Source: an uncultured Gemmatimonadales bacterium
GTDB taxonomy: Bacteria > Gemmatimonadota > Gemmatimonadetes > Longimicrobiales > Gaopeijiaceae
Direction of reading: 5' to 3'
Length of the DNA: 64,000 nt
Assembly: GCA_963809895.1 (NCBI GenBank)
Contig: CAWELD010000003.1
Location: 2,240,001 to 2,304,000, forward strand
In this document: positions 20,412 through 33,054 of the stretch, one piece after another
Layout: each line of letters starts with the position of its first letter
How positions within the stretch are numbered: position 1 is the stretch's first letter
The notes under the pieces: model-generated
What the model was told of the DNA's origin: nothing
Databases searched by the model: none
Seen by the model: only the letters and a program-made list of their open reading frames with translations
Made by a program: the position numbers and the translations under genes

Positions 20412-22447
20412 GCGCGACCCCCGGCAGACCGCGCGTGCCGCCGTGGCTCACGGCGACGCTGGTGGTGGTCCTGCTGGGCTCCGCCGGGGTCGCCCTCGAC
20501 CGCTCCTACCGTGCCGAAGCCCTGGCACGCGGCCGCATGGCCGTGGCACAGCGCCTCCAGACCCAGGCGCGCGCCCTGTCCATCGCCCTGGCCCAGCGCA
20601 TCACCCTGGTCGAAGGGCTGAGGGCCTGGCTGGCCACGACATCGGGCCAGTCCCTGCAGGGATTCGACGTGGTGGCCAGCACCCTGTACGGCACCGCGCC
20701 CGGCATCCGCGCGCTCCAGGTCGTGGAGGACGGGGTCATCGTCCGCTCCTACGCCCCTGGCGACGATCGGTCCATGCTGGGAGCGAACCTCCGCGAGCAC
20801 CCCGACCCTCGCGTGGTGGCCGACCTGGAGCGGGCAGAGGGGGGCGACAGTCTCGTCACGACGCCCACCCCGGAGCTCCTGCAGGGTGGGCCTGGCGTGG
20901 TCATGCGCAGGCGCGCCGCCCCCCGTGAGGGTCATGTGCGGCTGGCCACCGCGGTGCTGGACCTGGAGCCATTGCTGGACGGGGCTGGGCTGGGGCCCGA
21001 TGCACCGGCAGGCTTCGTCTTTCGACTCCGGGACGCCGCCGGCCGCGTGATCGCCGGTGCGGACAGCTTTCCAGGCCGCGAGAGCGTGGCGGCCGACATC
21101 CCGGTGGCGGGTGAGAGCTGGCACCTGTCCACACCGGCCCCGGTCTCTGCGGGTCTCGAAGGGCAGGGCGCGCTCCACCTTGCGGAGGGTGCGGGCATCC
21201 TGGCCCTGATCCTGATCGGATTCACGGTCTTCCAGCGCGCCGACCGCCGACGGCGACTCGAAGAAGCGGTGACGCTGCGCACCGACCAGCTCGCCCGGGC
21301 CAACCACGAGCTTCAGGAGGCCCTGGCTTCGCTGCGGGCCCAGGACGATCGCCTGGCCATGGCGCTGAAGGCCGGAGGCGTCACCACCTGGGAGTGGAGC
21401 CTGGCGCGCGACACGGTCCGGCACTTTCCAGGAAGCATGGACGGACTCGAGAGTGACTCCGAGACCGGCGAGGTCGCCTTCGAGGCGGTGGCCGAGCGCG
21501 TGCACCCCGAGGACCGTTGCCGCTTCCGCGAAGCGGAGCAGCGGACCCGAACCTCCGGCGCGGATTTCGACGTCGAGTACCGAATCCAGCTCCCGGACGG
21601 GTCGGTCCACTGGCGTCACGACGCGGGTCGGGTGGATCCGGAGCGGCAGTCCGTGCATGGCGCCGTCGCCGACATCACCCGGGCCAAGGAGCTCGAGGAG
21701 CAGCTCGACCACGCACGCCGCCTCGAGGCCGCGGGACAACTCGCCGGTGGTATCGCTCACGACTTCAACAACCTCATGCAGGTGATCCTGGGAGAGACGA
21801 CGCTGCTGCGGCTCGATCACCCCGACGCCGAGCTTCAGGAGGGCCTCAACGAGATCTCCCAGGCGGCCGAGCGCGCCAGCCGACTCACGGCGCAGCTTCT
21901 GGCCTTCAGCCGCAGGCGACCGGTGCGTCCCGAACCCCTGGACCTGGAGGTCGAGGTGGGCGTGGCTTCGACCATGTTGAGCCGACTGCTGGGAGCGAAC
22001 ATCCACCTGGTGCAGGAGGCGAGCGACCGGCCCGTCATCGTCCTGGTCGACCCCTCGCAGCTCACGCAGATCCTCGTCAACCTGGCGGTGAACGCCCGCG
22101 ATGCCATGCCGGAGGGCGGCAAGCTCACGCTACGCACCGGTGTACGCGAGCTCACCGAGGGGCTCGACGGGGTCCTGGAGCACGGGTCGTTCGGTGTGCT
22201 GGAGGTGGAGGACGAGGGCGAGGGGATCATGCCCGAGGCGCTGCCCAGGATCTTCGATCCGTTCTACACCACCAAGGCGCCTGGAAAGGGCACGGGACTC
22301 GGGCTGGCGTCGGTGTACGGCGCGGTGCGCCAGGCCGGGGGTCACGTCACCGTACGGAGCGAGCCCGGGGTGGGCACGACCTTCACCGTCTATCTGCCGC
22401 GGGCGGCACGTGGCGTCGCGGTGCCCGACGCCGACGAGACCGTCTGA
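20408..22447 (+). CDS. Membrane sensor histidine kinase (CHASE-like periplasmic domain, PAS, HisKA, HATPase)
   Basis: ATGA overlap with dctP. Two TM helices, VHPEDR PAS, AGGIAHDFNN, NLAVNARDAM, FDPFYTTK, GTGLGL. No receiver domain. Confidence 0.9.
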   Translation: MSATPGRPRVPPWLTATLVVVLLGSAGVALDRSYRAEALARGRMAVAQRLQTQARALSIALAQRITLVEGLRAWLATTSGQSLQGFDVVASTLYGTAPGIRALQVVEDGVIVRSYAPGDDRSMLGANLREHPDPRVVADLERAEGGDSLVTTPTPELLQGGPGVVMRRRAAPREGHVRLATAVLDLEPLLDGAGLGPDAPAGFVFRLRDAAGRVIAGADSFPGRESVAADIPVAGESWHLSTPAPVSAGLEGQGALHLAEGAGILALILIGFTVFQRADRRRRLEEAVTLRTDQLARANHELQEALASLRAQDDRLAMALKAGGVTTWEWSLARDTVRHFPGSMDGLESDSETGEVAFEAVAERVHPEDRCRFREAEQRTRTSGADFDVEYRIQLPDGSVHWRHDAGRVDPERQSVHGAVADITRAKELEEQLDHARRLEAAGQLAGGIAHDFNNLMQVILGETTLLRLDHPDAELQEGLNEISQAAERASRLTAQLLAFSRRRPVRPEPLDLEVEVGVASTMLSRLLGANIHLVQEASDRPVIVLVDPSQLTQILVNLAVNARDAMPEGGKLTLRTGVRELTEGLDGVLEHGSFGVLEVEDEGEGIMPEALPRIFDPFYTTKAPGKGTGLGLASVYGAVRQAGGHVTVRSEPGVGTTFTVYLPRAARGVAVPDADETV

Positions 22448-23085
22448 TCAAGCCCCTTCGGGCAGCTCGATCTCCAGCGCTCGCCAGCAATACCACGCCG
22501 CGGCACTCCTCCACGGGCGGAATTCCTCGCCCAGCGGGTGCAGCTCCTTCGCGCTGGGCGCCTCGTCCAGGCCGAAAATGCGGGCCCACCCCGACCGAAC
22601 GCCCAGATCCAGCGTAGGCCACACGTCGGGCCGGTGCAGCCGGAACATGAGGAACATCTGCGCCGTCCACGGGCCGATCCCCCGGACCCGGGTCAGATGC
22701 GAGACGACCTCCTCGTCGTCGAGCCTCTGCAGCGCCTCCAGGGTGACATCGACCTCGCCGGATCCAGCCCTGGAGGCCAGGTCCCGGATGGCGGCGAGCT
22801 TCGGTCGCGACAGACCCGCACCCCGCAGGGCGTCGTCGCCGGTGCTGTGCACCCGTGCCGGCGTGACCTCGCCGCCGAGGGCCTCCAGCACCCGGCCGTG
22901 AATGGTCCGCGCGGCGGCTCCCGCGAGCTGCTGGTACACGATGCCGCGCACCAGGTACTCGAAGGGAGCCTCTTCGGACAACGACACGGTCACCGGGCCG
23001 ACGCGCTCCACCAGCGGACCGAAGGCAGGGTGCTCACGCAACGCACCGTGCCCGTCCTTCCACACCACTCCCTGATCCGCCGCGC

Positions 23086-23089
<4 letters not shown>
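22448..23089 (-). CDS. DNA-3-methyladenine glycosylase II (AlkA family)
   Basis: IVYQQLAG, GLSRPK, HhH motif VRGIGPWTA, PDVWPTLDLG, PWRS. Start at 23089. Confidence 0.9.
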
Positions 23090-24395
<1,306 letters not shown>

Positions 24396-24396
<1 letters not shown>

Positions 24397-24968
24397 CAGG
24401 CCTGTCCCCGATGCAGTTCGGCCTCGGACTCCTCACCAGCGTCGGGCACGGCGATCCCCCGCAGCACCTCGAGCTGGCGAACGATGTGCGCCAACGCCTG
24501 CAGCAGCAGCAGCGCGAAGCATACCAGGATCACGGCCTTGATGGGATACCGGGGCAGCCCTCCCGGATCCGGCGAGGTCTCCCGGACGGCCCAGGAGTCC
24601 ATGACGGTGGGCCAGGCCACCACCAGCATCACCGTGCAGAACGGGATCAGGAAGAACACGCTTCCCAACAGGTCGATCCAGGCCCGCCCGCGGGCCGTCA
24701 GCCTCTGGTACAGGACGTCCACGCGCACGTGCACGTCGTGCTTGAGGCCGTACGCCGCGCCCATCAGGAAGATGAGGCTGAAGAGGTACCACTGGAGCTC
24801 GTTCAGGGCGTTGGAGCTCAGCGATACCCCCGCGTAGCGCGTGAGGTAGCGCGCCACGGCGTTGTAGGCCCCCATGAGGACCATGACCAGGGCCAACCAA
24901 CGCAGGGCGCGCCCCAGCCCGTCGTTGAGACGATCGACGGCCCGGGCAAAATTCTGGAGAATTCGCAT
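24396..24968 (-). CDS. dctQ: TRAP transporter small permease
   Basis: ELQWYLFS, HVRVD, ETSPDPGGLP; four TM helices. Confidence 0.92.
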
Positions 24969-25015
24969 CCGCTCGGGATGCGGGTGCGCTGCAGGGCTCC
25001 CCTCGGGATCGACCT

Positions 25016-25942
25016 TCACAAAAGGTATCCCCCGTCCACCGGGATCACGGCGCCGGTGATGTGGCGCGCCGCCTCGGAACACAGGAAGACCACCACCGCC
25101 GCCACGTCACGGGGATCCCCCAGGCGCCCGAGGACGCTCTTCTCCCGGGCCCGGTCCAGGATCTCGGCGGGCACGCGGTCGGTGAGGCGGGTGGTGCGGA
25201 TGTAGCCCGGGGCCACGGCGTTGACGTTGATGTTGCGGGGTCCGAGCTCCACGGCGGCGCTCACCGTCAGCCCGATGAGCCCTGCCTTGCTCGCCGTGTA
25301 GTTGGCCAACCCGAACTCGCTCCGGATGCCGTGCACCGACGAGATGTTGACCACCTTGCCCCACTCCTGGGCTCGCATGTGAGGCGCCACGGCCCTCAGG
25401 GCGTAGAACGCGCCGTCGAGGTTGGTGCGCAAGACCGCTTCCCACTCGTCGTCGCTCATGTGCCAGAGCGCCCGGTCCACGCCGATGCCGGCGTTGTTGA
25501 TGAGCACGTGCACCCCGCCCAGCTCCTCCACCGCCCCGGCCACGAACGCCCGCACATCGTCGGGGTCGCGGACATCGCACGAGCGGCAGTGGACCCGGAC
25601 CTCGAGCTCGCGCAGCTCCCGGGCCGCCTGCTGCGCCTCCGCCCGGGACGCGGCCCCGTCGTCCAGGTAGTTGAAGGCGATGTCGAGCCCGGCGCGCGCC
25701 AACTCGATGGCCACCGCCCGGCCGATCCCGCTGGAGCCACCGGTGACGATCGCCACCCTGCCCCGCAGCTCCTCGGTGCCCATCAGCCCCTGGGACTGCG
25801 GGTGGGGAACCGCGACCTCCTCGATGAGCTGCTCCACGGCGTCGCCCATGTCGGGCGCGGGGGCGGTGGAGAGGCTCGGCTCGCTCCGCTGGCGCTCCTC
25901 ACGGGAGACGCTCGCGCGAGGGTCTGGAATGAGGTCGGACAT
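25016..25942 (-). CDS. FabG-like SDR oxidoreductase with N-terminal extension
   Basis: TGGSSGIG, NNAG, YTASK, NAVAPGYI, ITGAVIPVDGG. Start uncertain. Confidence 0.88.
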   Translation of the reverse strand: MSDLIPDPRASVSREERQRSEPSLSTAPAPDMGDAVEQLIEEVAVPHPQSQGLMGTEELRGRVAIVTGGSSGIGRAVAIELARAGLDIAFNYLDDGAASRAEAQQAARELRELEVRVHCRSCDVRDPDDVRAFVAGAVEELGGVHVLINNAGIGVDRALWHMSDDEWEAVLRTNLDGAFYALRAVAPHMRAQEWGKVVNISSVHGIRSEFGLANYTASKAGLIGLTVSAAVELGPRNINVNAVAPGYIRTTRLTDRVPAEILDRAREKSVLGRLGDPRDVAAVVVFLCSEAARHITGAVIPVDGGYLL

Positions 25943-25986
25943 CGGGCCAGGATACGCGAACGACCCCACCGTTCGCAACGACGGGT

Positions 25987-26712
25987 TCAGGCCTCCTCGT
26001 CCTTCTCGTCCGCCTGCTCGCCGGCCCCCCGCGCCTCGGCGTGGTGCTTGATGGTGCGCCCTTCCACCAGGAAGACCACGTCCTCGGCGATGTTGGTGGA
26101 CAGGTCGGCGATGCGCTCGATGTTCTGGGAAACCAGGAGGAGTTCCAGCGCCGGGCTGATGCGGCGCGGGTCCTCCAGCATGTGGGTCACCAGGATCCGG
26201 AAGAGGGAGCGACGCAGGTTGTCGACCCGGTCGTCACGGGTGCACACCATGCGCGCCGTGCCCGCGTTGCGCGAGACGTACGACGCCAGCGCGTCGGAGA
26301 GCATGCCGCGAGCGATCTCCACCATCTCCTCGATCTCGGGGACCTCGGGGAGCGCAGACATGCCCGAGAGGCGGCGGGCCGCCTTGGCGATGTTCACGCC
26401 GTGGTCCCCCACCCGCTCCAGGTCGTTGGAGACCTTGAGCGTGCTCATGATCAGGCGCAGGTCCTTGGCCATGGGCTGCTGGAGCGCCAGGAGCTCCAGC
26501 GCACGCTCGTCGATCTCGATCTCCAGCTCGTCCACCCGGTCGTCGCGCGCGGTGATGGAATCCGCGGCGCCGCCGTCGCGGGTCATGGCCGCGGTGGTGG
26601 CATCCGCCACGATCTCCTCGACCAGGCCCGCCATCTCCACCAACCGGTCCTGGAGGGCGTCCAGCTCTCCCTGAAAGTGCCGGCGAGGCCGGGGCTGTTG
26701 CTCTGCCATCAT
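25987..26712 (-). CDS. phoU: Phosphate signalling protein PhoU
   Basis: [36 protein letters not shown]. Confidence 0.96.
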   Translation of the reverse strand: MMAEQQPRPRRHFQGELDALQDRLVEMAGLVEEIVADATTAAMTRDGGAADSITARDDRVDELEIEIDERALELLALQQPMAKDLRLIMSTLKVSNDLERVGDHGVNIAKAARRLSGMSALPEVPEIEEMVEIARGMLSDALASYVSRNAGTARMVCTRDDRVDNLRRSLFRILVTHMLEDPRRISPALELLLVSQNIERIADLSTNIAEDVVFLVEGRTIKHHAEARGAGEQADEKDEEA

Positions 26713-27494
26713 CCGAACCGTCCCGTCACGTAGGCCTCGGTACGCTCTTCGCGCGGATTCGTGAAGATGGTGTCCGTAGGGCCGTACTCGATGAGCTCGC
26801 CCATGTAGAGGAACGCCGTGTAGTCGCTCGACATCGGGCGGCCTGCTGCATGCTATGGGTAACGATCACGATGGTGTAGTCCTTCTTCAACTCGTAGATG
26901 AGCTCCTCGATGCGCTGGGTCGCGATGGGGTCCAGGGCGGACGCGGGCTCGTCCATGAGCACGACCTCGGGCTTCACCGCCAGGGTGCGGGCGATGCACA
27001 GCCGCTGCTGCTGACCTCCGGAGAGGGCGTAGGCCGAGTCGCCCAGGCGGTCACTCACCTCGTCCCAGAGCGCGGCCTGGCGCAGCGACGCCTCCACGAT
27101 TTCGTCCAGATCGCCCTCGAAGCCGTTGACCCGGGGGCCGAAGGCGGTGTTGTCGTAGATGGACTTGGGAAAAGGGTTGGGCTTCTGGAACACCATCCCG
27201 ATGCGGCGTCGCACCTCCACCGGATCGACGCCCGCGTCGTACAGGTTCTGCCCGTGGAAGAGGACCTCGCCCGTCGATGCGCGCCGACTCCACCAGATCG
27301 TTCATGCGGTTGAAGCAGCGCAGCAGGGTGCTCTTGCCGCAGCCCGACGGTCCGATGAGCGCGACCACCTGGTTCGCCGGCACCACCAGGCTGATGTCCT
27401 TCACGGCCTGCTTGTCGCCGTAGTAGACCGAAAGGTCGCGAGCTTCCAGGGCCGGCGCGCGGCCCCCGGTATCGATGGCGTGGATGGTGGGCAT
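26709..27494 (-). CDS. pstB: Phosphate ABC transporter ATPase (frameshifted at ~27272 and ~26832, probable sequencing insertions)
   Basis: [16 protein letters not shown] in one frame, [30 protein letters not shown] in a second, GELIEYG...YVTGRFG* in a third. Confidence 0.9.
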
Positions 27495-28387
27495 CTATCG
27501 ACGCTGCTCGTAGCGGTTGCGAAGCAGGATCGCCACCGCGTTCATGGACAGGAGAACGGCCAGCAGGACCAGGATTCCCGCCGCGGCCAGGTCGCGGAAC
27601 TCGGCCTGGGGCCTGGAGACCCAGGTGTAGATCTGGAGCGGAAGCACCGTGAAGGGGTCCATGACGCTCCCTGGGCGTGAAGGCGAGGAAGCCCACGGCG
27701 CCCACCATGATCAGGGGAGCGGTCTCACCCACCGCTCGGGACAGCGCCAGGATGGTCCCCGTCAGGATCCCGGGCAGCGCCATGGGGAGCACCTGGTGGC
27801 GCACCACCTGCCAGCGCGTGGCCCCGAGCCCGTACGCCGCCTGCCGGATGGAGTCGGGCACGGCCCGGATGGCCTCCTGGGCGGCCATGATGATGACCGG
27901 CAGGATCAACAGCGACAGGGTGAGCGCCCCCGAGAGGATGCTCCGCTGGAAGCCCAGCGCCCGCACGAAGACCGCCAGCCCCAGGATGCCGTACACGATG
28001 GACGGCACGCCCGCCAGGTTGGCGATGTTGGTCTGGATGACCCGGGTGACCCAGTTGCGGGGCGCGTACTCCTCGAGGTAGATGGCCGCGCGCCACGGCC
28101 AGACGGGAAAGCGAGAACAGCGCCGTCAGCGTCAGGATCCAGATCGGTCCCGACGAGGGCGGCCTTGACCCCCGCCCGCTCCGGGAAAGCGCGAGGCGAA
28201 GCTGGTGAGGAACTGTGCGTCCAGCCATGCGGAGCCCATCGTGCGCCACGTCGGCCAGGAGCACGACCAGGGCCACCACGCCCACCAGGGTGGCCAGGCC
28301 GCACATCACGGCGAAGAGCACCCCTTTCACCCGGCGCACGCGATCCCGGCGGGGCCGCCTGCCCCAGCGTGTCGGCACCGCGCTCAT
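27495..28387 (-). CDS. pstA: Phosphate ABC transporter permease (multiple frameshifts)
   Basis: Pieces [58 protein letters not shown] across frames. Confidence 0.88.
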
Positions 28388-29341
28388 TCGTACTCCTCCC
28401 GGAAGCGAGAGAGGACCCACTGGCTCAGGACGTTCATGGCCAGCGTGATGAGGAAGAGCGTCATGCCCACGGCGAACAGGGTCTGGTAGACGATGCGTCC
28501 CCTGCGGCGTGTCGCCCAGGCTCACCTGGACGATGTAGGCCGTCATGGTCTGGATGGACTCGCAGCGGATTCAGCGTCAGGTTCGGCAGGTTGCCGGCGG
28601 CGATGGTTACGGCCATGGTCTCGCCGATGGCCCGGGAGATGGCCAGGATGAACGAGGCGAAGACCCCCGAGAGGGCCCCGGGCACCACAACCCGCGTGGA
28701 GACCTCCAGCTTGGTGGCGCCCAGCGCCGTAGGCGCCCTCACGGAGCGACGTCGGGCACCGCCCGTAGGGCGTCTTCGGAGAGCGACGACACCATGGGGA
28801 TGATCATGATCCCAACCACGATGCTGGCCGAGGCCGCGTTGAAGACGTCGGTTCCGGGCAGAACGGACCGCAGCAACGGCGTGACGAAGGTCAGCGCGAA
28901 GTAGCCGTACACCACCGTGGGGATTCCCGCCAGGATCTCCAGCACCGGCTTGAGCACCGTGCGCACCCGGCCCGGGGCGTACTCGCTCAGGAAGATGGCG
29001 GTCAGAAGCCCCACCGGCAGCGCGATGACCGCGGCCCCCACCGCCACCAGCAGCGAGCCGGTCAGGAGCGGCGCGATGCCGAAATGCTGCTCCTGGAAGA
29101 TGGGCGTCCAACGGGTGTCGGTGAGGAAGTCAGCGAAGGGAGACCTCGCGAAAGAACGCCACGGTCTCGCGTGAGGAGAACCGCGACGATTCCCAGCGTA
29201 ACCAGCGTGGACACCCCGGCGCACGCGAACAGGAGCCATCCCGATCACGCGCTCCTGGAGGTCACGCGTCCGGTTGTGGCCCAACGCCAGGGGGCCGGGT
29301 CCTGCGCCCGACGCCCTGGCGGGTCCCGATGCGTTCGCCAC
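28384..29341 (-). CDS. pstC: Phosphate ABC transporter permease (multiple frameshifts)
   Basis: [49 protein letters not shown] across frames. Confidence 0.88.
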
Positions 29342-29354
29342 GGTCCGTCCGGAG

Positions 29355-30288
29355 TCAGCTTTCGGCGTCGAACTGGGCCTTCAGCTCGTTGTAGCGGGCC
29401 GCGTCCAGCGGATGGTAGCCCGTGGAGGGGACCAGCTCCGCCGCGTGCGGCCAGCAGGAAGTCCACGTAGGCCCTGACCTCGGGGCGCTGCATGGCGGCC
29501 TTCTTCACGTAGATGAAGAGCGGGCGGGAAAGAGGGGCATAGGTGCCGTCGGCGATGGTCGCGTCACTGGGCTTCACACAACCCGATCCGCCATCTACTC
29601 CCAGCAGCTTCAGCCGGCCGGGGTTCTCCACGAAGTAGGCGTAGCCGAAGTAGCCCAGGGCGTACTGGTCGCCCGCAACGCCCTGAACCAGGATGTTGTC
29701 GTCTTCCGACGCCTGGTAGTCGGCCCGGCTGGACTTCGCTTCACCCACGATGGTCTCGGTGAAGTAGTCGAACGTGCCCGAGTCCGTCCCCGGTCCGTAG
29801 AGGCCGATCTCCTCGGCCGGGAACTCCGGACGCACGTCTCGCCAGGTCGTGACGGTGCTGTTCGGCTCCCAGATGCGCTTGAGCTCGTCGACGGTGAGGC
29901 ACTGTACGAAATCGTTCTCGGGATTCACGACCACCGACAGGCCGTCCCAGGCCACGGGGACCTCCACGTACTCGATTCCGGCGGCTGCGCAAGCCTCCTT
30001 CTCGGAGTCGCGGATCGGCCGGGAGGCGTCCGAGATGTCCGTCTCGCCGTTGCAGAAGCGCTTGAAGCCGCCTCCGGTACCCGAGAAGCCCACGGTGACA
30101 CGGACGTCGGGGTTGGCGATCTGGAACTCCTCACCTACCGCGACGGAGATGGGATAGACGGTGCTGGAGCCGTCGATCTCCACCCGGCCGGTGAGCCCGT
30201 CCGAGGCGCTTCCGCTCTCGCCGCCTCCGCAGGCCGCAAACACCAGGCCGACGGTCAGGGGCGCCAACACGCGAAGAGACTTCTTCAT
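29355..30288 (-). CDS. pstS: Phosphate-binding lipoprotein (PstS family; +1 insertion near 29450)
   Basis: MKKSLR...FAAC lipobox. [40 protein letters not shown]-terminus continues in the adjacent frame to TGA at 29355. Confidence 0.92.
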
Positions 30289-30320
30289 GCGTTCCTCCAA
30301 TGGGGTGACGTGTGCCCCGA

Positions 30321-30396
30321 AGCATAGGGCGGCCACCACGCACTTTCGTGACGTTCGTGTAACAACGACGTAAAGACCGCGACCGTCTCGTTACAG
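30321..30396 (-). promoter_or_regulatory. PHO-box-like promoter of pstS
   Basis: 11-nt periodic heptamers TCTTTAC(30376-70), TTGTTAC(30365-59), ACGTCAC(30354-48), plus CTGTAAC(30396-90). -10 TATGCT at 30326-21. Confidence 0.72.
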
Positions 30397-32211
30397 ACCA
30401 TCCACTTCGTCGTCGTCCGTGGGAACGGACCCGGAGCCGGAGCCGGTTCCTCTGAACGCCGGCACCGAGAATCCCATGACCGTCCCCTGCCCCAGCTCGC
30501 TCCGGGCCCACACTTCACCGCCCATGGCCTGGACGAGATGGCGTACGATGGCCAGACCGAGCCCCGTGCCGCCCACGTCGCGGGCCCGGGAGTTGTCCGC
30601 CCGGTAGAAGCGCTCGAAGATCCTCGGGAGTGAGCGCGACGGGATCCCCAGCCCCGTGTCCTCCACCTCCACGGACCACCGCCGGGGGCCCGTATCCCCC
30701 GGGCCCTCCCCGATGCGGACCACCACCGTGCCACCGTCCGACGTGTAACGACGGGCGTTGTCCAGGAGGTTGCGAAGCACCTGCTCCACGCCCTGCTCGT
30801 CGGCCAGGGCCACGCCGTCGCCCTCCACGCGGAACTCCAACCCCCGCTCCGGGCCGCCGGCGTCCAGATCCTCCCAGACCCGTTCCGCGACCACTGCCAG
30901 ATCCACGGCCTCCCGGCGCGCGGACCACCCGCCGGACTCGAGCCGGGACAGATCCAGGAGGTCGTCCACCAATCTCTGCAGGCGCACCGTGTTCAGGCGG
31001 ATGGAATCCAGGAACTCGCGCTTGAGATCGGGCGGCGGCTCGTCGTCCAGCAGCGTCTCGGCGAAGCCCCGGATCGAGGTGAGCGGCGTCTTGAGCTCGT
31101 GCGAGGCGTTGGCGACGAAATCCCTCCTGACCTGCTCCAGGCGGCGGATCTCCGAAACGTCCAAGAAGGTGGTCACCGCGCCCCCCTGATCCAGGAGGCG
31201 GCTGGACACGATGAGGTGGCGCTGATCCAGGACGACCTCCCGGGCGCTCACGGGCTGGACCACCGATTCCTCCAGGAGATCCCGGAGCTCCGGCTGGCGC
31301 ACGATGGTGCCTACCGGCGCGAAATCCGTGACGTCGGGGAGCCCGAGGAGCTCGCGCGCCGCTCGGTTCGTGCGCAGCACCCGGGCATCGTCGGTGAGGG
31401 CGACGACGCCCTCGGCCATGCAGTCGATGAGCGCCTGCATCTCGTCCCGCTCCCGGCCGAGCTCCCGCAGGCGGGCCTGGAGCTCGTCGGCGAGGCGGTT
31501 GAAGGCCTGGGCCAGCTCGTCCATCTCCTCCACGCGGGTGCTGCGGGGCACCCGGCGAGAGAAGTCCCCCTGAGCCAGATCCCGAGCCCGATCCGACAGG
31601 ATCACCAGAGGGTGCGTCAGCGCCCGGCTCACGCCGTACGCCGCCAGCAGCGCCACGAGCATGGCCAGCAGCCCGGCGACCGCCACCGCCCGCAGGCTCC
31701 GGCCCAGGGTGGCCCGCACCTCGTCCAGGGGCGCGGCGATGCGCAGCACGATGGGAACCGTGCCCAGCTCCGACGGCATGGCCCCGTAGACGAAGCGGAT
31801 GCCCCGGGTGGCGCTCAGGCGCTCGGCGAATCCCGTGCCGCCCCGCAACGCCTCGACCACCTCGGGCCGCGTGGCGTGATTCTCCATCTCGCCCAGCCCC
31901 GAGGCGCGCACGTCGGAGTCGCCCAACACGGTGCCGTCGCGGGCGATGAAGGTGACCCGGTGGCCGATGCGCGCCGTGATCGCCCCCGCCAGGGAATCGG
32001 CGTCGGCGGCCGGAGGCGCGGCCTCCACCAGGAGACGCGCCAGCTCCAGTTCCCGGCGGACGTCTTCCTGGGTCATGCCCACCAGTTCCCGCCTGAGGCC
32101 GGTCCCCACGAACGACACCACGAGGATCACCACCAGGGCCACGACGCCCAGGAAGCCTGCGAACAGGGGATGATGGATGCGAACCCGCATGGGCCCCGCC
32201 GGCTCGGACAT
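30391..32211 (-). CDS. phoR: Phosphate regulon sensor kinase
   Basis: ENHATRPE sensor motif, HAMP, PAS, RDFVANASHELKTPLT, FERFYR, GTGLGL. Between phoB and pstS. Confidence 0.92.
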   Translation of the reverse strand: MSEPAGPMRVRIHHPLFAGFLGVVALVVILVVSFVGTGLRRELVGMTQEDVRRELELARLLVEAAPPAADADSLAGAITARIGHRVTFIARDGTVLGDSDVRASGLGEMENHATRPEVVEALRGGTGFAERLSATRGIRFVYGAMPSELGTVPIVLRIAAPLDEVRATLGRSLRAVAVAGLLAMLVALLAAYGVSRALTHPLVILSDRARDLAQGDFSRRVPRSTRVEEMDELAQAFNRLADELQARLRELGRERDEMQALIDCMAEGVVALTDDARVLRTNRAARELLGLPDVTDFAPVGTIVRQPELRDLLEESVVQPVSAREVVLDQRHLIVSSRLLDQGGAVTTFLDVSEIRRLEQVRRDFVANASHELKTPLTSIRGFAETLLDDEPPPDLKREFLDSIRLNTVRLQRLVDDLLDLSRLESGGWSARREAVDLAVVAERVWEDLDAGGPERGLEFRVEGDGVALADEQGVEQVLRNLLDNARRYTSDGGTVVVRIGEGPGDTGPRRWSVEVEDTGLGIPSRSLPRIFERFYRADNSRARDVGGTGLGLAIVRHLVQAMGGEVWARSELGQGTVMGFSVPAFRGTGSGSGSVPTDDDEVDGL

Positions 32212-32231
32212 GTTCAGGAACAAGCGGCGCG

Positions 32232-32996
32232 CTAGGCGTCCCCGTCCGGAACCCGCAAGCGATATCCGAAGCCCCGGACGGTCTCCACCCAGTCACCGAC
32301 GTCACCCAACTTGGCACGCAGACGCCGGACGTGCATGTCCACCGTGCGCGTCTGGATGCGGTCGGAGATGTCCGACCCGACGTCCCATGCCTTCTCCAGG
32401 AGCTGCCTGCGACTCTGGGTGCGGCCGCGGCGCTCCATGAGCGCCTGCAACAGACGGAACTCGGTGGGCGTCAGGTTGAGCTCCTCACCGCCGAGGGTGG
32501 CCTGATGCGCGCTCACGTCGATCCGGAGCTCCCCCACCTTCAGAACCCGGCCGCCGCCGGCCGCGCCCGGCTCCTGCATGCGCCGCAGGATGGCCTGACA
32601 GCGCAGCACGAGCTCGCGGGGCGAGAACGGCTTGGTGAGGTAGTCGTCGGCACCCAGCTCCAGGCCGGCGATGCGATCCTCCTGCTCCCGCTTCGCCGTC
32701 AGCACCAGCACCGGAATGGACCGGGTGGCCGACTCCTGCTTCAGGCTCTTCAGGACCTCGTCGCCCGAAAGCCCCGGCAGCATCCGGTCCAGGACCACCA
32801 GGTCGGGAATCTCCCGATGGACCGCCTTGAGCGCGTCGGGACCGTTGCTGGAGGTCTCGACCCGGAATCCCTCGCGGGTGAGCTGATAGGCGATGAGCGC
32901 CGCGATGTCGGGCTCGTCCTCCACCACCAGGACCCGGGGTGCGGCGTCGGCGCGGGGGGCAGCTTCCATGATGCTCCTCAGCACGGCAGTGCTCAT
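32232..32996 (-). CDS. phoB: OmpR-family response regulator of the phosphate regulon
   Basis: VVEDE, LDRMLP, GADDYLTKPF, LTPTEFRLL, RTVDMHVRRLR, TVRGFGY. Adjacent to phoR-pst. Confidence 0.9.
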   Translation of the reverse strand: MSTAVLRSIMEAAPRADAAPRVLVVEDEPDIAALIAYQLTREGFRVETSSNGPDALKAVHREIPDLVVLDRMLPGLSGDEVLKSLKQESATRSIPVLVLTAKREQEDRIAGLELGADDYLTKPFSPRELVLRCQAILRRMQEPGAAGGGRVLKVGELRIDVSAHQATLGGEELNLTPTEFRLLQALMERRGRTQSRRQLLEKAWDVGSDISDRIQTRTVDMHVRRLRAKLGDVGDWVETVRGFGYRLRVPDGDA

Positions 32997-33054
32997 GAGG
33001 TCTGGCCCGCTCGCACCGGCGCCGGAGCACTGCCCGGCGCCGGGGCACCGGGGA

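Noticed and set aside
26709..29460. Programmed frameshifting or phase variation in pstSCAB
   Set aside because: Too many breaks, no slippery heptamers or long repeat tracts, and those traced are extra bases consistent with read error.
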